DNA of 64,000 bases from an uncultured Nitrospiraceae bacterium (lineage in GTDB: Bacteria > Nitrospirota > Nitrospiria > Nitrospirales > Nitrospiraceae). The stretch covers positions 992,001 to 1,056,000 of the forward strand of contig CAVSTP010000004.1 of the NCBI GenBank assembly GCA_963730935.1. Direction: 5' to 3'. Within the stretch, counting starts at the first letter, position 1. Each line of letters starts with the position of its first letter. A program made the translations under genes and the position numbers. Below, piece by piece: positions 1 through 8,580 of the stretch. The notes below the pieces were generated by a model, which saw only the letters and a list, made by a program, of their open reading frames with translations, had not been told where the DNA came from and did not search any database.

Positions 1-220
1 CCCTTACTTTGCCTATCGGCCCGGGCGTAACCACGATTATCTCTGCATGAGAGGCATGGATAAGAGCAAAGTCGTAAGCCCCAGGTCAGGCGACACTCAC
101 CTTCCAGCGCTCGCACGCGGCTGTAGTCGATGCTGATTCTTTACACCTTCGGTCGGTGACCGGAGGCTTCCCAAACGGCTTTTCGGGCAGGCGGGCCTTC
201 AAAGTGCTTGCTAACACACC

Positions 221-249
221 TTGACGCGTCGAGCCGACGGGCTCATACT
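221..249 (+). promoter_or_regulatory. sigma70-like promoter of REC-MEDS gene
   Basis: TTGACG-N17-CATACT. Confidence 0.55.
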
Positions 250-261
250 CCAGACAAGTAT

Positions 262-317
262 ACCTGCCTGCGGCCTCACTGGAAGGTCCGACCGCCTGCA
301 TGTGAGAGATGGCGGGT
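262..317 (+). repeat. conserved two-hairpin 5' leader element, copy 1 (copy 2 at 10492-10551)
   Basis: ACCTGCCTGCGGCCTCACTGGAAGGTCCGACCGCC...GTGAG..GGCGGGT aligns with 10492-10551. Confidence 0.7.
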
Positions 318-414
318 ATTTCCTCTTTTATACACCGCTCTTCTGTTTCTTCCCTGACACCTCCCAACACTCGATGTGCGTACAATCCGTTCTTTGTCGG
401 AAAGAGAGAACTAC

Positions 415-1311
415 ATGGCGAAAATTCTTATTGTAGATGACGAAAGTGAGTTTCGTTCAATGCTTCGCACCAACCTAGAAGATCATGGCCATGAAGTTTG
501 TGAGGCGCCCGATGGCCGCACAGGGATTAGGCTCCACCCTGTCGGAGCGTTCGATATAGTGCTCACGGATATTGACTTGCCAGATATAAGCGGCTTTGAA
601 GTGATACGACAGCTCAAGAAAGCATCCACCCATGCAATCATTATTGTCGTCACCGGTGGTCATAAGATCGAGTTTGTGAAAGACGTGGCGGAACTCCTCG
701 GTGCTCGGTTCACATTCAAGAAGCCTTTAGATGTCTCAAAGCTGGCAAGCATGATCCAGCAAGTCACCAATCACCAAGAGCACCGCGAACGAGGAACAGC
801 GTCCCGCGCCTTTCGGCACGAAGTCCAGTTTTACCCTGACGATGTTTTTCTAATCGAGGCTGTCTCCTCATTTGTCGAGAAAAGCTTATATGAGGGAGCG
901 ATGGTCATCATAGTCGCGGCGGAGCACCATCGAGAAGCGTTGCAACTCTTATTCAATTTTAAATCTCCGATACGTAAGGATCGGGTAATCTTCTATGATG
1001 CGGAAGCTATCTTAGCCACGTTTATGCGGGATGATTGGCCAAATAAAACTTTGTTTACAAAATCGGTTGGTCTCATCTTGCAACAAGCTGCTCTTACTGG
1101 TCCGGTCCGTGTATTCGGCGAGATGGTCGCTATTCTGTGGGCGCAAGGCAAGGTGCGAGCTGCAATTCGACTGGAAGAATTGTGGAATGATTTAGCCAAA
1201 GAACAAGAATTCTCCCTCATGTGTGGCTACCCTAAGTCAGCATTTTCCAATCCGAAGGACAACGATCTATTTCTACAGATCTGCGGGACTCATACACACG
1301 TCCATATGTGA
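415..1311 (+). CDS. response regulator receiver domain fused to MEDS sensory domain
   Basis: KILIVDDE, LTDIDLPDISG, FKKP receiver motifs; C-terminal HEVQFY...VRVFGEMVAILW...LEELWN...LMCGYP...ICGTH typical of MEDS. Confidence 0.85.
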   Translation: MAKILIVDDESEFRSMLRTNLEDHGHEVCEAPDGRTGIRLHPVGAFDIVLTDIDLPDISGFEVIRQLKKASTHAIIIVVTGGHKIEFVKDVAELLGARFTFKKPLDVSKLASMIQQVTNHQEHRERGTASRAFRHEVQFYPDDVFLIEAVSSFVEKSLYEGAMVIIVAAEHHREALQLLFNFKSPIRKDRVIFYDAEAILATFMRDDWPNKTLFTKSVGLILQQAALTGPVRVFGEMVAILWAQGKVRAAIRLEELWNDLAKEQEFSLMCGYPKSAFSNPKDNDLFLQICGTHTHVHM

Positions 1312-1484
1312 GAGTAACCCCTCCCGCGGACCTTGTAAGCCATTGATCTTGCATGATGCTCTTTGTCGTTGTTTGACCCTCCCTAATCACAAGCTAATGA
1401 AAAAACTTATTTTCGGTCAGCCCTGAAAATGCTGGTGTTCCCTTCCTTCCCATCGCATTTCAAAAAAATGTTTTTGGTGTGATT

Positions 1485-1670
1485 GCCGTCGTCGGCCGAC
1501 CGGCTAACACCTGCGAGGCGCACCGCTCGCGCCAGTGAAGACTGTCACTCCCGCTGCTTCATCCTCTCGGCACGCCGGCGACGGCCTTCTCCTGTTTCCT
1601 CCTTGAAATATTCATTGGCTTTCCTCCGCTTGTGAGAGAGCCAACTTCATTTCAACAAAGGAGGAAAAAG
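1485..1670 (+). promoter_or_regulatory. structured non-coding leader, copy 1, with RBS-sequestering hairpin
   Basis: homologous to 6793-6977; stems 1485-1496/1574-1585 and TTTCCTCCTT 1595-1604/AAGGAGGAAA 1658-1667. Confidence 0.7.
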
Positions 1671-1907
1671 ATAGCTACCAACAAAAAACCTTCACACATG
1701 CTGCGATGCCGCAACATCAAAGCCACGATCTGGCAGAATGTCAGTGAGAAAGGTCCGTTCTTCGCAACGACCTTCTCCCGGCCGATCAAGGATCAATCAG
1801 GCGCCTGGCGCAATGGAACCTCATTCGGTCTTAACGACCTTGAGGCACTTCTAACCGTTGCCGGTGAAGCTAAGGAGTGGATCGCCACTCATGTCTTGAA
1901 GCGCTGA
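1671..1907 (+). pseudogene. 78-codon paralog of 6978-7214 with start codon mutated to ATA
   Basis: colinear with 6978-7214, about two-thirds identical residues; AAGGAGG followed by ATA where the other copy has ATG. Confidence 0.7.
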
Positions 1908-1921
1908 GCCGCTTCAATGGA

Positions 1922-1945
1922 AAGCCTCGGTCCTCCGGAGGCTTC
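1922..1945 (+). terminator. hairpin downstream of the small gene
   Basis: AAGCCTC...GAGGCTT inverted repeat; no clear U-tract. Confidence 0.3.
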
Positions 1946-2331
1946 CCAAAAGCCTTCAAATGGTAGCAGTCGGGTAGTTGGGCATTTTAACTGTTTGCAA
2001 CTCAGGGAGGCCTAAGGTAGCAGCGAACTAACAAATCGCGGGTCAATCCTTTGTGGCCTCCTTTCGCTGACTTACAAACCATTCGTCAGTTAGCCTCAAG
2101 CCGGGACCGTATGATGAGGCTTTTATACTACTTGACTCGCAGACTTATTGCGCCCAAGATGACAGATCGGTATGAGGCTCCGCTGACTGTCCTATCTCTC
2201 GCGCTTCCTGATCCTTTCCCCGCGTGATCGATTCCTCAGTCTCCGTCGCTCCGATGCCAGAGGTTCTCTGAACGGCTGCATGCCTTGTGTCATGCGTCAC
2301 TAACTTCACCCACATCAGAAAGGACGTGTCC

Positions 2332-2823
2332 ATGTATAAACTGATTGCGTGTTTTCTCACCGGAGCCATGCTCCTGGCCGGGTCGGCTTTTGCGGACCAG
2401 ACGGCGGCAGATCCCACAGCGGCGGACACCAACATGGAGATCTTGAAGCAGAAGCTCAAGGCGGATAAGAAACTCCTGGTGGCCAACAATATGGAACTGT
2501 CAGACGCCGAAGCCAAGCAGTTCTGGCCTATCTATGAGTCCTATCAGAAGGACCTTGCGGGCGTGAACAAGCAGCTCGGCACGACCATTAGAGAGTACGC
2601 GGAAACGTTCAATAAGGGGACGATCCCGAACGATAAGGCTAAGAAACTCCTCGGCGAGGCCCTCTCGGTCGAAGACCAGGAAATCAAGCTGAAGCATACC
2701 TATGCCGAACAGCTTGAGAAGGTCCTGCCGGCCAACAAGGTCGCCCGCTACATTCAGATCGAAACCAAGGTCCGATCGCTGATCAAGTATGAAATGGCTC
2801 GAGAGATTCCCTTGGTGTACTAG
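2332..2823 (+). CDS. secreted/periplasmic helical hypothetical protein
   Basis: signal peptide ending AFA; ADKKLLVANNMELSDAEAKQFWPIYESYQ motif; RBS AAAGGA. Confidence 0.8.
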   Translation: MYKLIACFLTGAMLLAGSAFADQTAADPTAADTNMEILKQKLKADKKLLVANNMELSDAEAKQFWPIYESYQKDLAGVNKQLGTTIREYAETFNKGTIPNDKAKKLLGEALSVEDQEIKLKHTYAEQLEKVLPANKVARYIQIETKVRSLIKYEMAREIPLVY

Positions 2824-2838
2824 ACCGTAGACCGGATG

Positions 2839-3132
2839 CTACCCGTCCGTGACCCCTACACCCTGTGTGGGCAAGGGGTCACGGACTTCCTTTGCGTGCC
2901 ATCGACGGAAACAGTTGACGCACACGTACTGAAGAATGGAGGACCCGTTTCGATCGACAGCTTCTTCTCGCGTGAGGGTGCCGTCACATTTCCAGCATCG
3001 CATCGGAACCTTTGGTCCTTCAACGTGGGCCTCGGCGCGATTGTCTTTGTAGGGCACGTCATCCTCCTTGGCCAGGTTCTTGAGTTGCTGATCCAATAGG
3101 ACGAGTGGATGCCGGACCAGGGTCTTGGCCAT
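2839..3132 (-). CDS. small zinc-ribbon hypothetical protein
   Basis: MRCWKCDG...CVNCFRRW two CxxC pairs; the 3' end runs through the opposite-strand terminator. Confidence 0.5.
   Translation of the reverse strand: MAKTLVRHPLVLLDQQLKNLAKEDDVPYKDNRAEAHVEGPKVPMRCWKCDGTLTREEAVDRNGSSILQYVCVNCFRRWHAKEVRDPLPTQGVGVTDG
2845..2893 (+). terminator. intrinsic terminator
   Basis: perfect 13-bp stem GTCCGTGACCCCT (2845-2857)/AGGGGTCACGGAC (2874-2886) followed by TTCCTTT. Confidence 0.65.
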
Positions 3133-3411
3133 CGTCTGCTCCACTTTCGGGTCGTCAGTCGAGAGCGTTTCTCGTACTGCACCGTGATGCGCTGATTTCC
3201 GTTTTGCCTGACCATCTTCGACATGGCCGCGAAAGAAGGTTCCTTCTGCTCACCCGCTGATACTCCTCTGATCGTTTGCCGACTGCCAGTACGTTTCAAT
3301 ACGTAGGCCTCCTTATCCCTTACCTTTGTGGTAGAGACCTCCCACTTCCTGTTCTCTTACAATTGTGTTTTCTACTGATCTGGATACGGGTCATAGCAGG
3401 AAACGATCTTC

Positions 3412-4878
3412 ATGAAGCGCGGAAACGTCATCGGTCATATTGTTTCTGCCGTTGTCTTTTCTAGCATGTGCGTCCTCGGGTTGACTGGCTGTGGTGGCGA
3501 CAGTGGCCCTACCCCGGGAAGCTTGGCGATCACCACCGTCGAACTTCCCGAGGGGATCGTCAACCAACCTTATTCGGCTTCAGTCAGCGGTTCAGGAGGC
3601 GCGCTCCCTTACACGTGGTCCGTCTCGCCGGCACTTCCTGCCAATCTCTCGTTGGATCCGGCAACCGGCGCGATCACCGGCACGCCGACGACGCCGGGCA
3701 CCACTTCGCACACGTTTACGCTGCGTGACACCTCGGCCCCGTCCCAAATTGTCGAACAATCACTCAACGTAGCCATCCTTCCGCCCCCGGCCGTGCTGAC
3801 GATTACCACCACTTCGCTCCCGAATGGGACTGTCAATCAACCCTATAACCGCTCTGTGCAGGCGGCCGGGGGAACCCCACCACTGACTTGGAGCATCGTC
3901 GCGGGGACAGGCACACTCCCGTTAGGGCTCAGTTTGGATTCGACGACCGGCGCGATTTCAGGAACGCCCACTACGGTAGGTACATCGTCGTTTACCGTCC
4001 GAGCGGCAGACGCCCGCGGACAATCGGACACACAAGCGCTGTCGATCACAATCAACCCAACCCCGCCGCCACCGAACCCTCCGAGTATCACGACCACTTC
4101 GCTACCGGGGGGGACCGTGGGTCAACCCTATGGCCAGACCGTGGAGGCGACGGGGGGAATCGGAACGCGGACCTGGAGCATCTCCGCAGGAACACTCCCT
4201 CAGGGCCTGAACTTGAATCAAACGACCGGTGTGATTTCAGGAACGCCGACTGCCGCAGACACGTCGTCATTTACCGTCCGAGTGGCGGATGCAGGCGGCC
4301 AAAGCGACACGCAAGCGCTCTCGATCCTCATCAACGCACCTACCCCGCCTCGCATCACGACGACCACGCTCCCAGGAGGAACTGTCGGTCAACCATATAA
4401 TCAAACGCTCCAAGCGACGGGCGGGTTCGGGGCACTCACGTGGAGTCTCTCCGGTGGATCACTCCCAGCGATGCTTTCCCTGAGTCCGGGGGGTGTGATC
4501 TCCGGCACGCCGACCAATGCAAAAACCTCGGTTTTTACAGCGAGGGTCAGAGACACATTGAATCAGTCCGACACGCAGTCTCTCTCGATCGCCATCAGCG
4601 CAGCCCTGACGATTACGACAAATTCGTTGCCAGATGCGAAAGAGGATGACTCCTACAATAGATTGTTACAACTCTCGGGAGGTGTCGCGCCCTTTACGTG
4701 GTCGGTCACACCGCCTCTGCCGAACGGCCTGACCCTGAATCCCGACACCGGTAGGATTACCGGCACCCCAGCGCGGGGAACACAAGGAAGATACGACTTG
4801 ACCTTCACGGTGCAGGATTCGTCGTCACCCACGCCGCAAACAGCCAGCAAGTTGCTTGAGTTGCGGGTTAATGACTGA
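3412..4878 (+). CDS. lipoprotein with five tandem putative Ig (He_PIG-like) domains
   Basis: lipobox LTGC; five ~90-aa repeats ITTxxLPxGxVxQPY...GG..TWS...LP.GL.L....G.I.GTP. Confidence 0.9.
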   Translation: MKRGNVIGHIVSAVVFSSMCVLGLTGCGGDSGPTPGSLAITTVELPEGIVNQPYSASVSGSGGALPYTWSVSPALPANLSLDPATGAITGTPTTPGTTSHTFTLRDTSAPSQIVEQSLNVAILPPPAVLTITTTSLPNGTVNQPYNRSVQAAGGTPPLTWSIVAGTGTLPLGLSLDSTTGAISGTPTTVGTSSFTVRAADARGQSDTQALSITINPTPPPPNPPSITTTSLPGGTVGQPYGQTVEATGGIGTRTWSISAGTLPQGLNLNQTTGVISGTPTAADTSSFTVRVADAGGQSDTQALSILINAPTPPRITTTTLPGGTVGQPYNQTLQATGGFGALTWSLSGGSLPAMLSLSPGGVISGTPTNAKTSVFTARVRDTLNQSDTQSLSIAISAALTITTNSLPDAKEDDSYNRLLQLSGGVAPFTWSVTPPLPNGLTLNPDTGRITGTPARGTQGRYDLTFTVQDSSSPTPQTASKLLELRVND

Positions 4879-5091
4879 ACGAGACACACTACGGCTTTTC
4901 TTTCTCGCAATTGCCTTCTACAAATCTGCACTTCCAAGTGGAGAAGAAGATGTCAGGAACCATTGTTCGCCAGCTGCTTGCTAGGCTTTTTGACGGAACA
5001 CACTGTAACAGTCGGGCAACGCCAACTTTGCTTCATGACAAGTACTTACTTTCGGTCGATGGGCAAAAAGGCTTGTGGTCTGAAAAGACTG

Positions 5092-5580
5092 CTAGCGTTC
5101 CCGCAGTCTTTCTTTGACGGATTTGAGCAAAGGACTCAGCAGGTATTCGCTCAGGCGGCGCTTCCCCGTTTTGATTTCAACCATCACGGCCATCCCAGGC
5201 GAAAGATTCACTTCCTTGCCGTCGACTTGGATGGTCAAGCGGTCCATGCTGATCCTGGATGGATAGAGCCGACTTTCTCGATCGCTGCGGCATCATCAGA
5301 AACGGACAACACCTTGCCCGGAATGGTGACGTATAGCGTAAACAAGAACGTCTCCACTTTGATTTCGACCGGCAGTCCCTCTCTGACAAACCCGACATCT
5401 TTATTCTCCACTTGGGCTTCGACTTCGACCGACCGGATGATCTTGAGGCACGACAATCAATAACTGCTGAGCCGGCGTCACCACCCCACCGACAGTGTGC
5501 ACCGCCAGTTGCTGCACCACTCCGTCAATCGGGCTCGTCAGCCGCTGCAAGTCCGCCTTCTGACCTGCTTTCGTCACCTC
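5092..5580 (-). pseudogene. 3' fragment of HlyD-family type I secretion membrane fusion protein
   Basis: LTSPIDGVVQQLAVHTVGGVVTPAQQLL / EVEAQVENKDVGFV / LSPGMAVMVEIKTGKRRLSEYLLSPLL...RER*; 4-nt duplication near 5430 and second frameshift near 5267; 5' part missing. Confidence 0.85.
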
Positions 5581-5634
5581 AAGGACGACGATTCCACGAT
5601 CGAATACTAGCCAAGTAAACCTGTTTTTTCGCGC

Positions 5635-6390
5635 TCAGTTGTTCACAACATCTCCCACGATTGCCTGACCACCCTCGCTCACCTGAATATGCTGGACAGA
5701 AATGCGCTGATGTCCGCCCAGTCTTAGCTTGCGTAAAGTCAGTAACCCCTGTTGATAGGCTGTCATACATCGAACGGCAGCGTTTAGCCGTCTATTTTGA
5801 ATGGCCGCATCACGGCTATGTGGAACCACCGATCCGATCATCTCCATGGCAACCTTGTGCATCGCCGCTAACTGGTGCGCCAACATTTTTTCTGAGCTGT
5901 TTCCAGCCTGAATCGTGTTAGCGACGTCCAAGGCCATGGCAGCCACATCTGCGCCTTGCTCGGTCAAAAGCCGGCTTCGATCAAAGGAGGCTTCAACAGC
6001 AGCAAGGTCTGGGATGGTTAAGGTGTCATAAAAGAATTTGTCCGCCTGTGGCGGGACCGTTTCCCCATTCGCCGGAGTCACTTCCTTACTCTTCGCCATC
6101 CCTTGTTTTCGGACCTCGGCCGCTACAATTCTCGTCCATTCGGCCTTGTTGCGAGGCCCATCCGCCTTCGAGCCGTCCGCTTCAAGCTCGAATGCCTTTC
6201 GCATCTCGCTGGCATACTCGAGCATCTGATTCATGGATTTGGAAGTGGGGTCCCTCCCTGGCAAAGTTTTCTCCAAGCAGGCGTAACACCGCCATTTGTC
6301 ACCTGGCCAAAGGCACCCACCTAGATAGGGTGCCTTTCCGCATTCCTGACACTGAGGAGGAGGAAGGAAGCCTCTTTGTCGTCCCATCAC
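5635..6390 (-). CDS. conserved mobile-element hypothetical protein with N-terminal Cys cluster
   Basis: MLAHQLAAMH...GGHQRISVQHIQVSEGGQAIVGDV C-terminus recalled from integrative-element proteins often next to HGGxSTG genes; CQEC..CYAC at N-terminus. Confidence 0.75.
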   Translation of the reverse strand: MMGRQRGFLPPPQCQECGKAPYLGGCLWPGDKWRCYACLEKTLPGRDPTSKSMNQMLEYASEMRKAFELEADGSKADGPRNKAEWTRIVAAEVRKQGMAKSKEVTPANGETVPPQADKFFYDTLTIPDLAAVEASFDRSRLLTEQGADVAAMALDVANTIQAGNSSEKMLAHQLAAMHKVAMEMIGSVVPHSRDAAIQNRRLNAAVRCMTAYQQGLLTLRKLRLGGHQRISVQHIQVSEGGQAIVGDVVNN

Positions 6391-6614
6391 TTAACCCCAT
6401 TTCCGGTAATGGCGTGATGCCCTGAGCGGACGAGGTAGTCGATCACGCCTGCTAAACAGGGGTCCGTCCCAATATTGAGGTGATGTTGGATGATACTTAA
6501 CACATCGTAGCTCGGTACATAGTCAATCCTTCGGTGAAGGGTACGGTATCGTCGAACTCTCACTCGGTTGCCGGTAGGTCTTACATTGCCGGAAATGCTT
6601 GCCCCTTCATTCAT
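6387..6614 (-). CDS. small hypothetical protein
   Basis: GGAG RBS; stop overlaps the start of the next gene (GTGA). Confidence 0.55.
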   Translation of the reverse strand: MNEGASISGNVRPTGNRVRVRRYRTLHRRIDYVPSYDVLSIIQHHLNIGTDPCLAGVIDYLVRSGHHAITGNGVK

Positions 6615-6792
6615 CTGCTATCTCCACTTTCTGCGTGATGTGATGACGACGAGCCGGGTGGCGAGGCGAGTGCTCATGCCGCCTCTACCAACAGGTCAAT
6701 ATTGAAGGTTAACGGCCGCTCCGTGGTTTGACGGTTCCCGTTGGGGACACCAACGCTCTCACTGGGTCCTCTGAGTTTCTCGTAGTAGCCTC

Positions 6793-6977
6793 GCTGTCGC
6801 CGACCGGCTAACACCTGCGGGACGCACCCTCGTGCCACCCTGACTGTCACTCCTGTTGCTTGAGCCTCTCCGGCACGCCGGCGGCGGCTTCTTTGTTGTT
6901 TCCTCCTTGAAATGTGCGTTGGCTCTCCTCCTCCTGTGAGAGAGCCAACTTCATTTCAAACCAAAGGAGGAAACAAG
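6793..6977 (+). promoter_or_regulatory. structured non-coding leader, copy 2, with RBS-sequestering hairpin
   Basis: 13-bp TTGTTTCCTCCTT 6896-6908/AAGGAGGAAACAA 6964-6976, inner stems TTGAAATG/CATTTCAA and GTTGGCTCTC/GAGAGCCAAC. Confidence 0.75.
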
Positions 6978-7214
6978 ATGGCAACCAACAATATACCCGC
7001 AACGACGCTGCGACGAGGAATCGTCACGGCAACAATTTGGGAAAATATGAGTGAGAACGGACCGTTCTTCTCGACGACCTTTAGCAGATCGTACAAGGAT
7101 CAGTCGGGCAAATGGCGCAACGGGACCTCGTTTGGTCTCAATGACCTCGAGACACTACGCAACCTCGCTTATGAAGCGAAGGAATGGATCGCCGCTCATG
7201 CCTTGAAACGCTGA
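6978..7214 (+). CDS. 78-aa conserved small protein, putative nucleic-acid (ssDNA) binding
   Basis: strong RBS AAGGAGG; ATIWEN..PFFSTTFSRSYKD..G.WRN..SF..DL beta-rich aromatic/basic pattern; paralog at 1671-1907; function is inference. Confidence 0.8.
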   Translation: MATNNIPATTLRRGIVTATIWENMSENGPFFSTTFSRSYKDQSGKWRNGTSFGLNDLETLRNLAYEAKEWIAAHALKR

Positions 7215-7218
7215 GCCG

Positions 7219-7472
7219 TTTTCTTCGCTAACACCGTTGGAACTGACGCCGGCACAGTAAAAACAAGCGTCATACCCTTTGAGTTGTTCGGCGGTTGCAT
7301 CAATTTTTTGAAAAGCGGGCGCGATGAACGATTTTAATCTTGGATGACTGACGCCCAATGGCTTTCTGCACACGGCAAGGACCGAATCCACTTGATTGTT
7401 CTCCAAACATTCAAGCAACACGCCTTCTCCGACCATTCCCGTTACCCCGGTAATAATGACTTTAATTCCCAT
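7219..7472 (-). pseudogene. N-terminal fragment of NAD-dependent epimerase/dehydratase-like protein
   Basis: KVIITGVTGMVGEGVLLECL...YDACFYCAGVSS; similarity stops where the duplicated unit ends (~7218). Confidence 0.8.
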
Positions 7473-7528
7473 TCTGAATTCCTTCCAACTCCATGCCTAA
7501 TCCTGAAGAGCCTAGCCGCCGGGTGGTT

Positions 7529-7666
7529 GGCGACCCGCGGTTTAGGAATTTCCCCGAATCCTACCCCAGCCAGACTTAAGCCCACAAGAAATCACTGAAC
7601 AGGTTACTCACGAAGTGGGTGCAGGTGGGGCTGGTTTGTCCTGTCCTGGTAGCAGCGTGGTAGCAG
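7529..7666 (-). mobile_element. att-like element end, inverted degenerate copy of 10216-10341
   Basis: 30-bp perfect inverted identity 7626-7655 vs 10216-10245; alignable to GGAAATTC(C/G)TAAACCGC(G/A)GGTCGCC; tandem TGGTAGCAG repeats. Confidence 0.75.
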
Positions 7667-7841
7667 AGCGGCGTCTTATTTCAGAGGAACCACAATGGAG
7701 TGCTTCGTGGCATGTTCATACTGCCATGCTTCCTGATGGGTGACGGGAGGCTGCTCGGTTTCTATGGGGTACGAGACACTAATGGTGATGATGAATGAAC
7801 TGTGCCGGACTCAATGTCAGAGACCGGGAGATTGGCATCGT

Positions 7842-8330
7842 CTAGAGAGACGCCTCGTGATTTATATCATGGTTGATCGACGCGCATGTACTGTGGGTGG
7901 GATCGCGCAACTGGTCGATTCCCCCACGGCAATAGCCAAGAGGCAACCACCGGCACCTGCCACAGATGGAAGGCAGATCGTCGCCGCATACTGAGCTCCG
8001 AATACGCTCAAGTATTTGTTGCCAGGGGATGCGACACCCCACCTTCAGCCCGAGCCGTTGAAGCACCACTTGATCCTGGTCGATCATCTCCTCCTCCGAC
8101 CGCGCCCCGTTCAACACGCACCCGGACGGATGCTGGTGTGGACAAGCTGCACAGACAGTATCGGGAGATGCGAGGACCTCAACCCGGGACTCGGGATGAT
8201 CGGTGAGAGTTCGATGGATCACGGCCATGTTCTTGACAAACTCGGCGTTGTACCCCTCTCCACGAAACCCTTGCATGCACAAGAGCGTATGGCCTCTGAG
8301 GCGGACCGGAGGGGAGGATTCGTCAGACAT
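7842..8330 (-). CDS. DUF1284 family Cys/His-rich putative metal/Fe-S protein
   Basis: LRGHTLLCMQGFRGEGY...DTVCAACP...ICGRCRW..LGYC. Confidence 0.85.
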   Translation of the reverse strand: MSDESSPPVRLRGHTLLCMQGFRGEGYNAEFVKNMAVIHRTLTDHPESRVEVLASPDTVCAACPHQHPSGCVLNGARSEEEMIDQDQVVLQRLGLKVGCRIPWQQILERIRSSVCGDDLPSICGRCRWLPLGYCRGGIDQLRDPTHSTCASINHDINHEASL

Positions 8331-8580
8331 ATCGAGATCGACCATGGCGATAGTACACGGAATTGTGCCACCGCCAGCCAAGCAAGTCAAAACGGGAGAG
8401 ACAAGGGCTCGAGGTCAGGGTGTCCGACCCGCGCCACCTTGGTAGCGGCCTCGGTGTGGTAGTGGAGTCGGTGAGGCTCTCCCCCGACCCGTTGACGTTG
8501 CCAAGACAAGCCTGTGCCCAGGCACTGTGTATACCGAAAGACCCTCGCCCTGCGCCTTGACGGTGCCAGGGGCTCCGCGC

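Noticed and set aside
140..200. c-di-GMP-I riboswitch-like AAGCCTCCGGTC on the minus strand
   Set aside because: The GCAAACC...GAAA...GGGACGC P2 elements are absent.
4963..5463. 166-aa plus-strand ORF
   Set aside because: It is the shadow of the HlyD pseudogene on the opposite strand.
7855..7875. possible dif site at TGATTTATATCATGGTTGA
   Set aside because: It does not fit the XerC-N6-TTATGTTAAAT layout.
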